Under the pieces are notes generated by a model. That model was not told where the DNA came from. It worked only from the letters and a program-made list of their open reading frames with translations, and ran no database searches. Shown here one piece after another: positions 50,755 through 60,982 of a stretch of DNA of 64,000 nt. Every line of letters begins with the position of its first letter. The first letter of the stretch is position 1. A program made the position numbers and the translations under genes. This DNA is from Candidatus Latescibacterota bacterium (lineage in GTDB: Bacteria > Latescibacterota > UBA2968 > GCA-2709665): positions 544,001 to 608,000 of the forward strand of contig CBDDDZ010000005.1 of NCBI GenBank assembly GCA_965226795.1, in the 5' to 3' direction.

Positions 50755-51993
50755 TTGGACCTCATCATTCGATTCTTTCGCCGGCCGGGCGTTCCCGTGC
50801 TCGCGCTTCTTGTGTTGGCCACACTCGGAACCGCGCCGCAGGAGGCGTATGCCCAGAAGAAGAAAATTACAAAGGGCGACGCCAAAATAGCCAAGCGGTC
50901 TGCCCACCTCTACGTCAGCCAGCGGCTGTTCGACAAGGCCCTCGCCCAGTTGCTTGTCGTCATCGAAGGCGACTCCAACGACGTGCAGGCACGCTTCATG
51001 CTGGGCGAGATTTACTCCGAGAAGAACCTGCAGGACGAAATGAGAAAGGAATTCGAATGGGTCCTTGCAACCAAGAAGGGGAAGAAGAAATACGGTAAGA
51101 AAATTCAGCCGTACCTGGACATGTGGTGGAGCCGGAAATACAATAACGCAGTCCGGGCGATCGGCGCCGAAGACTACGGTGAGGCCATCGAATCCCTTCA
51201 AAAAGCCATCGCGCTTGCGCCGGAGAAGGCCATGTCCTACCAGGCGCTGGGGGTGGCCTACCTGAACATGGGCCAGGCCCAGGCCGGAATCGACGCCTAT
51301 CTGAAAGCGGTCGAGGTCGACAGCACCGAAGCAGCCTCGTTTGTCAATCTTGGCCGGGCTTATATGAATCTCAAGAATTACGAAGAAGCAAGGCAGTACT
51401 TCACCAGAGCCCATAACCTGGTTCCCGAAAATGTTGCCTATCTGAACGACCTCGCCCACGCCCAGCAGAATATGGGCGACACGGCGGCCGCTCTCGAAAC
51501 CGCCGAGAAGGCCCTGGCCATCGACCGCGAAAATCTGGAAGTTTTGATTATGGCCGGTCAGATGCACCTGATGGGTGGCAATTACGAAAAAGCGGCCGAA
51601 TTCCTCGAAAGGGTGGCCGCACAGCGGCCGGAAGATATAAATACGCTGTTCAACCTCGCGGAATGCTACAGGAATCTGGGCAGAACCGACGAGGCTATCA
51701 ACCTGTTCCTGAAGAGTGTCCAGGCCAATCCACAGGATTCCGACGCATGGTTTCGGCTGGGTCGGATTTACAAAGATCAGGGCAGGTATACGGAGTCCAT
51801 AGAAGCCCTCAATATGGTCGTCAGCCTGAAAGCCACCAGCGTGCAGGGCTGGCAGGCACTGGCGCAATCGTGGGCTATGCTTTCCAATAAACAATCCGAC
51901 GAGGGCTTGGACGATGCGGCGGCGGTCAGTAACAAAAAAGCACTAGAGGCTTACAATATGAGTATAAGCCTCGAGAACCAGGCTGGTGAGTGA
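50755..51993 (+). CDS. Secreted tetratricopeptide repeat protein
   Basis: Signal peptide (AYA) and multiple TPR motifs. Confidence 0.88.
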   Translation: MDLIIRFFRRPGVPVLALLVLATLGTAPQEAYAQKKKITKGDAKIAKRSAHLYVSQRLFDKALAQLLVVIEGDSNDVQARFMLGEIYSEKNLQDEMRKEFEWVLATKKGKKKYGKKIQPYLDMWWSRKYNNAVRAIGAEDYGEAIESLQKAIALAPEKAMSYQALGVAYLNMGQAQAGIDAYLKAVEVDSTEAASFVNLGRAYMNLKNYEEARQYFTRAHNLVPENVAYLNDLAHAQQNMGDTAAALETAEKALAIDRENLEVLIMAGQMHLMGGNYEKAAEFLERVAAQRPEDINTLFNLAECYRNLGRTDEAINLFLKSVQANPQDSDAWFRLGRIYKDQGRYTESIEALNMVVSLKATSVQGWQALAQSWAMLSNKQSDEGLDDAAAVSNKKALEAYNMSISLENQAGE

Positions 51994-52023
51994 ACCGGAC
52001 CGGCCGCCAGGAGAAGACAACCG

Positions 52024-53034
52024 ATGTATCTGACAGACGAAAAAGTAGCCGTTCTGGGTGCGGCGGGAGCCATCGGCTCAAATCTCGCTCAGACCCTTCT
52101 GGCATCCGGAACCGCCAGCAGGGTTTCCTTGTTTGACCCGTTCGAACCGGGTTTGGAAGGCGCCGCCGAGGAAATCTACCACTGCGGATTTCCAGGTGCG
52201 AACGTCACCTGGACTGCGGATATCGCCGAAGCGCTTTCCGGCGCGGCCTATGTCATCAGTTCGGGCGGCGCGCCCAGAAAAGAAGGGATGACGCGCGAAG
52301 ACCTCACCCGTGACAACGGACTGATTGCGAAACAGCTCGGTCTCGACATCAAACAGTATTGTCCGGACTGCAAATTCGTCATCGTCATTTTCAACCCCGC
52401 CGATATCACCGGGCTCACCACCCTGTTGCACTCGGGGCTTCCCGCCGGAAGGGTCTCCACGCTGGCCGCCCTGGACAGCACGCGGCTCCAGACTGCCCTC
52501 GCCCAGCATTTCAGGATCCAGCAGGACCGAGTGACCGGTTGCAAGACCTACGGCGGACACGGCGAGTCGATGGCCGTATTCAAGGGCGGCACCGCCGTCA
52601 ACGGCATTCCGCTTACGGATATCCTCGCCGGCAGAACCGTCAACGGCATCGGCCTCACCCCCGAAGCCTGGAGCGGCATCCAGTCCCACGTGACCGGCGG
52701 CGGCGCCCGGATCATCCGGTTGCGCGGGCGCTCCTCCTTCCAGTCTCCCGCACAGCAGAGCGTTTTCATGTTGCGGGGGCTGTTCGGCGAACCCTACGAT
52801 TGGCCGTGCGGCGCATACGTGAACAACGGCGAGTTCAGTAACATCATGATGGCCATGCCTGCGTCTCTTTCGGCCGCAGGCGTGACCAGCAGCATGCCGG
52901 AGGGCACGGAGGAAGACCTGCAGGCGCTGAGAGATTCCTACGCGCACCTCGTCGGATTGCGGGACGAGATCATCCTTGAGGGCATCCTGCCGCCAGTCTC
53001 CGAATGGGCGGACAGCAACCCGAACCTGGTATAG
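52024..53034 (+). CDS. mdh: Malate dehydrogenase (LDH/MDH family)
   Basis: GAAGAIGS, GAPRKEGMTREDL, FNPAD, LDSTRL, GGHGE. Confidence 0.92.
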   Translation: MYLTDEKVAVLGAAGAIGSNLAQTLLASGTASRVSLFDPFEPGLEGAAEEIYHCGFPGANVTWTADIAEALSGAAYVISSGGAPRKEGMTREDLTRDNGLIAKQLGLDIKQYCPDCKFVIVIFNPADITGLTTLLHSGLPAGRVSTLAALDSTRLQTALAQHFRIQQDRVTGCKTYGGHGESMAVFKGGTAVNGIPLTDILAGRTVNGIGLTPEAWSGIQSHVTGGGARIIRLRGRSSFQSPAQQSVFMLRGLFGEPYDWPCGAYVNNGEFSNIMMAMPASLSAAGVTSSMPEGTEEDLQALRDSYAHLVGLRDEIILEGILPPVSEWADSNPNLV

Positions 53035-53175
53035 TATCGGAAGAAATGTCGCACGTCGAAGGGGCGCCCGTCGGGTTGCCCCTTTTCGTTTGCCGTGATT
53101 GCGCTTTTTCGTTATTTTCCGTCCACGACCGGCCGAACCCGGGGCTTTTTTCATTCCCATCGTCGAGGAACTCAC

Positions 53176-54327
53176 GTGCCCGCGCCATACGATATGCTCA
53201 TTAAAGGCGGTACCGTTATCGACCCGGCGCAGGACCTGCACGCAGTCCGGGACGTGGGCATAGCGGGCGGGCGTGTTGCCGCAGTGGACGATGAGATCTA
53301 CGAGGAGACGGCGCAGACCGTGATCGACGCCGCCGGCTACCTGGTGACGCCCGGTCTGATCGATCTGCACGTCCACGTCTGGTGGGGGGTATCGCACTAC
53401 GGCGTGGAGCCGGACCCCACGTGCCTGGCCAGAGGCGTGACCACCGTCTATGACACCGGTTCCTCGGGCGCCGACACGTTTCCCGGATTCAAGAAGTACG
53501 TGATCGACGCCAGCGCCACCCGCATCAAGGCCTTCCTGCACCTCTCCTCCCAGGGCATGTTATCGGCCGATACCGGCGAACTCACCGATCTCCGGTTCGC
53601 CGACGTGGGCCGCGCTGTACGGATGTGTGAAGAACACAAAGACGACATTGTCGGCGTCAAGATCCGAATGACGACGAACCTGGTCGGCGAGAACGGTAAA
53701 GAAGGCCTGAAACGGGCGCGCCAGGTCTGCGACGCCACCGGTCTCCCGCTGATGATCCATCCCAACGCCAGCCCTGTCTCTTTCGAAGACATGATGGACG
53801 AACTACGCCCGGGAGATATCGTCACCCACTGCTTTCATCAGAGCGGCACCGGCATTCTGGACGATTCAGGCGCGGTCCGACCTGCCGCTCGCAGGGCAGC
53901 GCAGAACGGGATCCTGTTCGACGTGGGCCACGGCCAGGGCAGCTTTGCGTTCGACGTTGCCGAGGCGGCGATGTCCCAGGACTTCCCCCCGGGAACCATT
54001 TCCAGCGACCTCCACGTCTACAATCTGAACGGGCCCGTATACGACCTCGTCACCACCGTCTCCAAATTTCTCGTATTGGGCCTCTCGCCGGACCAGGCCC
54101 TCGAGAAAGTAACCGCGGCCCCGGCGCGCGCCATGGGCATGCTTGGCGACATCGGAACGCTGTCGTCCTGGCGCGACGGCGGACCTTGCCATCCTCGAAC
54201 TCAAATCGGGCAGCTTCGTTTTCTCCGATGCACTGGGATCGGACCCGTTCCGGCCGAACAGAAACTCCAACCGGTTTCCACCATCCGCGGCGGCCGGCTG
54301 TACGCGCCGTCGGCTTTCGACGATTGA
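53176..54327 (+). CDS. Amidohydrolase/dihydroorotase-like metallohydrolase; compensated frameshift segment near the C-terminus
   Basis: PGLIDLHVH, DTGSSG, GVKIR, THCF, DVGHG.GSF, ISSDLH. Confidence 0.88.
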   Translation: MPAPYDMLIKGGTVIDPAQDLHAVRDVGIAGGRVAAVDDEIYEETAQTVIDAAGYLVTPGLIDLHVHVWWGVSHYGVEPDPTCLARGVTTVYDTGSSGADTFPGFKKYVIDASATRIKAFLHLSSQGMLSADTGELTDLRFADVGRAVRMCEEHKDDIVGVKIRMTTNLVGENGKEGLKRARQVCDATGLPLMIHPNASPVSFEDMMDELRPGDIVTHCFHQSGTGILDDSGAVRPAARRAAQNGILFDVGHGQGSFAFDVAEAAMSQDFPPGTISSDLHVYNLNGPVYDLVTTVSKFLVLGLSPDQALEKVTAAPARAMGMLGDIGTLSSWRDGGPCHPRTQIGQLRFLRCTGIGPVPAEQKLQPVSTIRGGRLYAPSAFDD

Positions 54328-54343
54328 CCCCGGAGACGACCCT

Positions 54344-55126
54344 ATGAATATAATGGTATTGTGCGACCTCGAAGGAGCCGCCGGCGTTGTGGACTTCCAC
54401 ACGCAGACCTACGACAACACGCGCTACAACGACCAGGCGAAGAACCTGTCCACCCTGGAAATCAACGCGCTTGTGGACGGCGCCCTCGAGGGCGGGGCGG
54501 ACCAGGTGATCGTCCTGGACGGACACGGCAGCGGCGGTATCAACATCGAACTGATCCACTACGAAGCCAGGGTGATGTTCGGCCGTCCGCTGGTCTCCGC
54601 GTGGGACCTCGGCATCGACTTCAAGGCCATGTTTCTGTATGGTCACCATGCCATGGAAAACACGCCCAAGGGCGTGCTTTGCCACAGCTGGAGTTCGCGC
54701 GATATTGCCAACTGCTGGCTGAATGGAGAGCTCATCGGCGAAATCGGGTTCAATATCGCCCGCGCCGGGGAGGCTGGCGTGCCCACGGCGTTTATCAGCG
54801 GAGACCGGGCAGCGATAGACGAAGCAAGAGAGTACGTGGGGAATATCGAAGGCGTCGTCGTCAAGGAGGGGCTCAGCCGTACCGCGGCGCTCACGCTCTC
54901 TCCCGCAAAGGCCCGGGACCTCATCCGCAAAGGCGCAAAGCGTACGATGGACCGCATCGGGGAGTTCGTCCCGTGCAGCGTTCCGGGTCCCTACACCTTT
55001 GTCACGGAGTATCAGGCCGCATCCAGCGCCGCGTCAAAGTCCTCCCGCCGCGACGTCGAGCGGGTCGATACCCACACCGTCAGAATAACCGGCGACACGC
55101 TCGCCGAAATCGCGGAAAAAAGATAA
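54344..55126 (+). CDS. M55 family D-aminopeptidase (DppA-like)
   Basis: DLEG.AGV, DGHG.G, G.HAM, HSW, GEIG.N, ISGD, VVKEG. Confidence 0.9.
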   Translation: MNIMVLCDLEGAAGVVDFHTQTYDNTRYNDQAKNLSTLEINALVDGALEGGADQVIVLDGHGSGGINIELIHYEARVMFGRPLVSAWDLGIDFKAMFLYGHHAMENTPKGVLCHSWSSRDIANCWLNGELIGEIGFNIARAGEAGVPTAFISGDRAAIDEAREYVGNIEGVVVKEGLSRTAALTLSPAKARDLIRKGAKRTMDRIGEFVPCSVPGPYTFVTEYQAASSAASKSSRRDVERVDTHTVRITGDTLAEIAEKR

Positions 55127-55149
55127 ACGTGCGTTTAAAGGAACTCTGA

Positions 55150-56247
55150 ATGAGCTACTCTCCCGTCGGGTTCGACAAGTGGGACCTGGATACGCCTGCC
55201 CTGATGCTCGACCTGGACCTTCTGGAGAACAACATCGCCCGAATCGCCGCTCGGTGCAAAGCCTGCGGCGTTCGCTGGCGTCCGCATACCAAGGGAAACA
55301 AAACGCCCGCCATTGCGCACAAACTGCTCGACGCGGGAGCCATCGGTATCACCTGCGCCAAACTCGGTGAAGCCGAAGTCATGGCCGCTTCGGGTATCAA
55401 GGACATCCTGGTTGCCAACCAGGTCGTGGGCGAAAGAAAAATGGCCCGCCTGACCCATCTGCAGCGGCATGCAGACGTCATGGTAGCCGTCGATCACCCC
55501 GTCCACGTCAATATGATCTCGGAAGCGGCGCAGGCCGTGGGTGTCAGCGTGCGGGTCCTTGTCGAACTGGACATAGGGATGGGGCGCTGCGGGGTGGGGC
55601 CGGGGAAGCCCGCCCTGGAACTGGCGCAACGGGCCCAGGTTGCGCCCGGCGTGGTATTCTCGGGCCTGATGGGCTACGAGGGCCAGGCGATGGATCTGCC
55701 CGACAGGGAGAAAGAAACCGCATGCGCCGACGCCATCGCCCATCTTGCGGTATCGAGGGAGTGCATTGAGGCGTCGGGCATCGAATGCCCGATCGTCAGT
55801 GCAGGCGGAACCGGAACGCTGGCCTACACGCCGGACTGCCCGGGCCTCACCGAGATCCAGGCCGGCGGCGGCATCATGATGGACACCTTCTATGCCACGG
55901 CGCTGGGCGTCAGAGGACTGGATCACGCCCTTTCAATTCTTGCCACCGTGGTCAGCCGCCCCGCCCCGGACCGGGCCTATATGGACGCCGGTCGAAAAAC
56001 CACCACCTCCCAGTTCGGCCTGCCCTGGGTCAAAGGCAGGGACGGCATCGACGTTGTCGGCCTCTCGGCGGAACACGGTTATCTGGAACTAAAGGGCGCC
56101 GATCACCCATTGAAAATCGGCGACAAGATCGAACTCATTTCCGGTTATAGCGACATGACGGTTTTCCTGCACAACGAGATCTACGGCATTCGCAACGACC
56201 GTGTGGAAGCCGTCTGGGACATCCTCGGCAGGGGCAAATTGCAATGA
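55150..56247 (+). CDS. DSD1/D-threonine aldolase family PLP enzyme
   Basis: LDTPAL..DLD..E.NI, RPHTK, CAKLGEAE, GRCG, DAGRK, SAEHG. Confidence 0.92.
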   Translation: MSYSPVGFDKWDLDTPALMLDLDLLENNIARIAARCKACGVRWRPHTKGNKTPAIAHKLLDAGAIGITCAKLGEAEVMAASGIKDILVANQVVGERKMARLTHLQRHADVMVAVDHPVHVNMISEAAQAVGVSVRVLVELDIGMGRCGVGPGKPALELAQRAQVAPGVVFSGLMGYEGQAMDLPDREKETACADAIAHLAVSRECIEASGIECPIVSAGGTGTLAYTPDCPGLTEIQAGGGIMMDTFYATALGVRGLDHALSILATVVSRPAPDRAYMDAGRKTTTSQFGLPWVKGRDGIDVVGLSAEHGYLELKGADHPLKIGDKIELISGYSDMTVFLHNEIYGIRNDRVEAVWDILGRGKLQ

Positions 56248-56456
56248 GCGGAAACAAGCCGCGTGTTGTGGTGGACCAGGCCGGTAACCGCGTCGCCGTT
56301 ATCCTGGACGTCGACGAATACAACCGCCTCCTGGAGGCATCCGAACGGCTGGAATCCCTCCGCGCGCAGGAAACGGATACGGAGTCCGGCCCGGCCTATA
56401 CCCCGGAAGAAAAGAAGCTGATGGAAGACCGCCTTAAGTCTCTGGGCTATCTTTAA
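56244..56456 (+). CDS. 70-aa protein ending in EDRLKSLGYL
   Basis: ATGA overlap with the upstream gene; antitoxin-like N-half, sulfatase-tail-like C-half. Confidence 0.7.
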   Translation: MSGNKPRVVVDQAGNRVAVILDVDEYNRLLEASERLESLRAQETDTESGPAYTPEEKKLMEDRLKSLGYL

Positions 56457-56508
56457 GGGTTCTCTCACCATCCCACCTCTGCATTTCGCACGTGGCTGGC
56501 GCGATCGA

Positions 56509-57093
56509 ATGAGTCCCATGGCCGATCCCGACGCGATCGTCGTCGTCTCCGGGCTGCCGCGTTCAGGCACCTCGATGATGATGCAGATGCTTGAATCGGG
56601 CGGAATGGACGCCCTGACAGACGGGCTGAGAATCGCCGACGAAGACAATCTCAAAGGTTATTTCGAATACGAGAAGGTCAAGGCGCTGAAGACGGATCAG
56701 AGCTGGCTGCCGGAGGCAAGGGGCAAGGCCGTAAAAATCATCTCCGAACTGCTGAAGTACCTTCCCCATACACATACCTACAGGATCATCTTCATGCGGC
56801 GGGCGCTGGAGGAAGTCCTCGCCTCACAGGACCGGATGTTGATCCGGCGGGGCGTGCAGCCAGGCGGGCAGGCGGACGAGGAAATAGCGCGGGTTTTCCG
56901 CAAGCATCTTCAACACACGGAAACCTTGCTGTCAGAACGACCCTTCATCCGGACCCTCTATACCGAATACCGACGGATCCTGGCGGATCCCGCCCGGGAG
57001 GCGCATCGTATCAACGCGTTTCTGAACAACTGCCTCGATGAATCGGCCATGGCCGCCGCCATAGACGCTTCTCTCTATCGCCAGCGCCGATAG
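56509..57093 (+). CDS. Sulfotransferase family protein
   Basis: PAPS-binding VSGLPRSGTSMMMQML; N.KGYFE; R...EVLASQ. Confidence 0.88.
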   Translation: MSPMADPDAIVVVSGLPRSGTSMMMQMLESGGMDALTDGLRIADEDNLKGYFEYEKVKALKTDQSWLPEARGKAVKIISELLKYLPHTHTYRIIFMRRALEEVLASQDRMLIRRGVQPGGQADEEIARVFRKHLQHTETLLSERPFIRTLYTEYRRILADPAREAHRINAFLNNCLDESAMAAAIDASLYRQRR

Positions 57094-57275
57094 CTCCCTG
57101 TTTTCCCCCGAAAACCCACCACAAGGCGACCCGGACCGGTCGCCATTTTCATTTATCGCCCAGGAGCGTCCCGAAAGCCGGTAGACGGTTCTGCTGCCGG
57201 CGGTCGTGCGCGACCTGGAAGGGGCTCACGACGAGCGGGATCGCAGAGAATAGAGGTCCCAACCGTAATTGAATT

Positions 57276-57310
57276 AAGAGCGGAGCCGGAGTTACCGGCT
57301 CCGCTCTTTT
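57276..57310 (+). terminator. Intrinsic terminator
   Basis: AAGAGCGGAGCCGG-AGTTA-CCGGCTCCGCTCTT followed by TT. Confidence 0.7.
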
Positions 57311-57543
57311 GGTGTGTATCGCGTAAGGCCGGGGCCTTGCCGACGGCGCGCGCGATTTTGTTACCAAAAAACCATTATAACAAGGTGTTTTTCCACAGAT
57401 AAATCACGAACAAATCGTTAAAATAATACAGCTATCCGCGATGGGGGCGTGCGCGGGTCCAGGCGTTTTTGAGGGATGCGGTTCAATTGCCGGTTTGAGT
57501 GATGTCTCGATAGGATTCTACTTATCTCGATGGGAGGGGTATC

Positions 57544-58264
57544 GTGCTGAAAGCAACGTGCGGACGTGGTTTTTCCTGTTTGGTTTCCTGTGGGTGTGTG
57601 GTCGGCCTTGTGTGTCGCAGATGGTGTCACCTCTGTGGATGTGTGTTTGTGTCGTTGCTGTTGACGGTGTATGCGTCGCCGGTGTTCTCACAGGGCGGTG
57701 ATGCGCCGACGGATCTGGGCGCGTCTGCAGATGGTGGCCACTACGTGCTACTGACGTGGGCGGCCCCTGCCGAGGATGCCGGCGCCGCTGACCGTGGACG
57801 TCCTGGATCTGTGGGAGGCGGTGGATGCGCCGATTCTGAGCGTGTTTGTCACTGCCTCCGGCGGCCAGCCGCCCTACAGGTATTCGCTGTCCGGCGGTCC
57901 GACGGGTCTCTCCCTGAACTCGACGACCGGGGAGTTTACCGGCGAGGTGGATCAGACCGGGACGTGGAACGCGACGGTCAAGGTGACCGACGCGGACAGC
58001 CGCAGCAAGTCGGCAAGTATCACGATCACGATCTACCTGCCTGGTGATTTCAACGGCGACGGGAGGGCCGATGCGACCGACTCCAAGTTATTCAATAAGA
58101 AGATGGGGCTTCGCAGGTCGGATGCGGGGTATGACCGGCGTATGGATATGAACGACGGCATCATCAACTGGGCCGATTTCGTTATCCTGACCCGCCATAT
58201 CGAACGCGTCGCGTCGTCGGGCGGTGGGAGTGGATCCGGCGGTTCGGGCGACACAGGCAATTGA
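57544..58264 (+). pseudogene. Internally deleted surface protein: signal peptide and Fn3 start fused out of frame to Ig (He_PIG-like) plus dockerin-like module
   Basis: APTDL.A.......LTW.AP in one frame; ASGGQPPY.YS...P.GLSL...TG and GDFNGDGR in another; junction near 57785. Confidence 0.7.
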
Positions 58265-58326
58265 ACCCCGGAAAGAGAGTGTGGGTGAAGAGGTATGGTG
58301 ATTGAGCCGAAAGGGGTGATGCTGGT

Positions 58327-60164
58327 ATGAAGAGACAGTGTGTACATCGTTTGCCTGCATCGTTGTGGCTGGCGGCCGGCTTTTTGGCGTTCCTGTGTCA
58401 GGCGTCTGTGGTTTCGCATGCGTCGTCGCCGTCTGCCGAGGGTGAGCACTACTGCGCGGCGGCGGAATACGAGGCGTGGTTGCGTGACAATCCTCCGCCT
58501 GCGGGGAAGGTGGCGGCGCAAATCAGCTCATGGGACCGCAATCGGCGCACGGTGCGTATGATCTACTTCCATCCCGCCGGCACCGAATTTAGTGAAAACG
58601 TGGTGGACTCGATGAAAGCGGTGATACGCGTGGCGCAGACCTTTTACGGGGAGCAGATGGCTGCGCACGGGTACGGCAGCAGGACCTTCCGTATAGAGAC
58701 CGATGCGGATGGCGAGCCGCTGGTGCATCACGTGACCGGGCAACACGAGGCCGGTCACTACCAGGGAAGCGATGATTATCAGTACAAGCTTAATATGGAC
58801 CTTCGACAGCGTTTCAATTTCTCCAACAACGTCTACGTCGTTTTTGTGGACCACATTGAAATACCGGGAGTTGGGGGATGGGGGGGGCGATGGGAAAGCA
58901 TGGAGGGAGTGCGATGGTGAAAGTCAGAAGTGGATATCAAGGTAGGATTCACTCGTTCAAGAATCTCTTGCTAATAGTGGCCCATGAACTTGGCCATGCC
59001 TTCGGGTTGGATCACGATTTTCGCGACCGCGACAACGTGATGTCATACGGACGGCCGCATAGGATATCGGCGTGTGCTGCGGCCTCTCTGTCGGTGCATC
59101 CGTATTTCAACGATGATATCCCGCTTGAAGAGGAATCCTTGCCCACCTTCGAAGTCATTTCGTCCGACAGGTATCCATCAGGGGCGACGGGCCTGTCCGC
59201 GCGAATCAAGGTAAGCGATGCGGAAGGGGTTCATCAGGTGTTGCTGCAGGACGCTGTCAGAGTTCATGGTTCAATCCTGACGTGCCAGGTGCTGTCCGGC
59301 GAGAAAGATGCCGTCGTCGAATTCGAGTATGATTTTCTTGAAATTCCAGGTTGGGGTCGTGAAGGGTTGTTACAGCGTGTGGTACACCAATTTTACGTCG
59401 ACGTCACCGATATCCACGGGAATGATGAAAGTGGCTACTTAAGGTATGTCGAGGTCTCCAAACACCAGGTTGCCGTCTTGGAGGGGCACGGTGCTTGGGT
59501 CGGGTCTGTGGCGTTTTCGCCGGATGGGACGACCCTGGCGTCCGGGTCTAGTGATGGCACGGCCAAACTATGGGACGTGGCGTCGCAGGAAGAGATCGCC
59601 ACGCTGTATCCGCACGGTTATCAGGTCTCTTCCGTGGATTTTTCGCCGGATGGGACGATCCTGGCTGGCACGGCGGGGAGTGACATCATGCTGTGGGACG
59701 TGGCTTCCGGTGAAGTGATCGCCACGATCAGTGGCGATCACTATGGGCTCAGGTCTGTGGTGTTTTCACCGGATGGGACGACACTGGCTGCCGCGCGGCG
59801 GGGTACGATCGTACTGTGGGACGTGGCGTCCCGGGAAGCGATCGCCACGCTGGAGGGTCACAGTGATGTGGTCAGGTCTGTGGCGTTCTCACCCGACGGG
59901 ACCACGTTGGCTGCCGGCTCAACAGACGGCAAGATTGTGATGTGGGATATGTCGCCGTACTTCGCGCCTGTCTACCGCAGCGCCGACCTTGACGGCGACA
60001 GCGAGGTGGGGTTTTCCGACTTCGTTAAGTTCACCGCGAAGTTCGGAACGAGCCGCGGCCAGGCGGGGTACGACGCGCGCTGCGACCTCGACTGGGACGG
60101 AACCATCGGGTTCGCGGACTTTCTCATCTTCGCGAATGCCTTCGGCAAGGCGGCGGCGACGTGA
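58327..60164 (+). pseudogene. Secreted metzincin metallopeptidase + WD40 repeats + dockerin-like module; frameshifted at the G8 tract 58880-58887
   Basis: HELGHAFGLDH...VM; four SVAFSPDG.TLA...LWD repeats; DLDGDSEVGFSDF / DLDWDGTIGFADF. Confidence 0.85.
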
Positions 60165-60298
60165 GACGCGCACGCCCGCACTGTGAGGAAGGCTCTGTGA
60201 AGGTGGGGCAGACATTCCTGTCTGCCTGCCCCGATGCCGACGATGCCACCGCGCAAATGCGTTTACTGCGTTTCTGCCTTAAGGACAATCGAACAGAC

Positions 60299-60537
60299 GG
60301 GAGATTCTTCGCCTGCGCTCAGAATGACATGCTCTGCAATATCCATCGGCGAAACCTGTCCGTCAGGTCTTGGCACAAACTGTCATCCTGAGGAAGCCGC
60401 CAGGCTGACGAAGGATCTACTGCGGCATCGATTCACCCCTGCGCGACCTGCACGTGTACCGACCGGAAAGGCGGCACGTTTGCCTCCTGAGCAGAACGGC
60501 AGTGGCGGGAGATTCTTCGACTGTGCCCAGAATGACA
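60299..60537. repeat. GAGATTCTTCG...CAGAATGAC / GTCATCCTGAG...GAAGGATCT REP-like cluster
   Basis: Direct copies at 60299-60329 and 60507-60537; inverted partner at 60381-60418. Confidence 0.75.
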
Positions 60538-60579
60538 GGGTGTCCGATCATCGTCCGCGAAACCCTTCCGCTACACGTA

Positions 60580-60982
60580 CTTCCTCAACGTCTCGCGGAT
60601 CCGGACAAGCGACAACGACGCCTGGAAGGTGGAGCGGACATTCTTGTCTGCTCACGTACATCAACCCGAAGCCTGGAAATCCCGTGTCCGGGCACGCCAC
60701 GCGGCGACGCCGTCACCCCCAGTGGAAAAAGGACGGTGCTATCTATTAGATCACCTTTCGTCTGCATTCGGGCAGAAGAACCTCTCCCCCCTGCCCCCTC
60801 TCCTGCGAGGAGAGGGGGAGTCAAACGAAGCGTTGCGTAAATACGAGAAGGGCAGACAGGTCTGCCCTTCTCGTGCGCTTCCTCAACGTCTCGCGGATCC
60901 GGACAAGCGACAACGACGTCTGGAAGGTGGAGCGGACATTCTTGTCTGCTCACGTACATCAAACCGAATCCTGGAAATCCCG
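60580..60982. repeat. 105-bp near-identical direct repeat (60580-60684 and 60878-60982)
   Basis: CTTCCTCAACGTCTCGCGGATCCGGACAAGCG...CTGGAAATCCCG occurs twice. Confidence 0.9.

Noticed and set aside
7503..53541. Long antisense ORFs (e.g. 7503-8669, 15895-17082, 50662-51894, 52078-53541)
   Set aside because: Shadow frames of real GC-rich genes with no recognisable motifs
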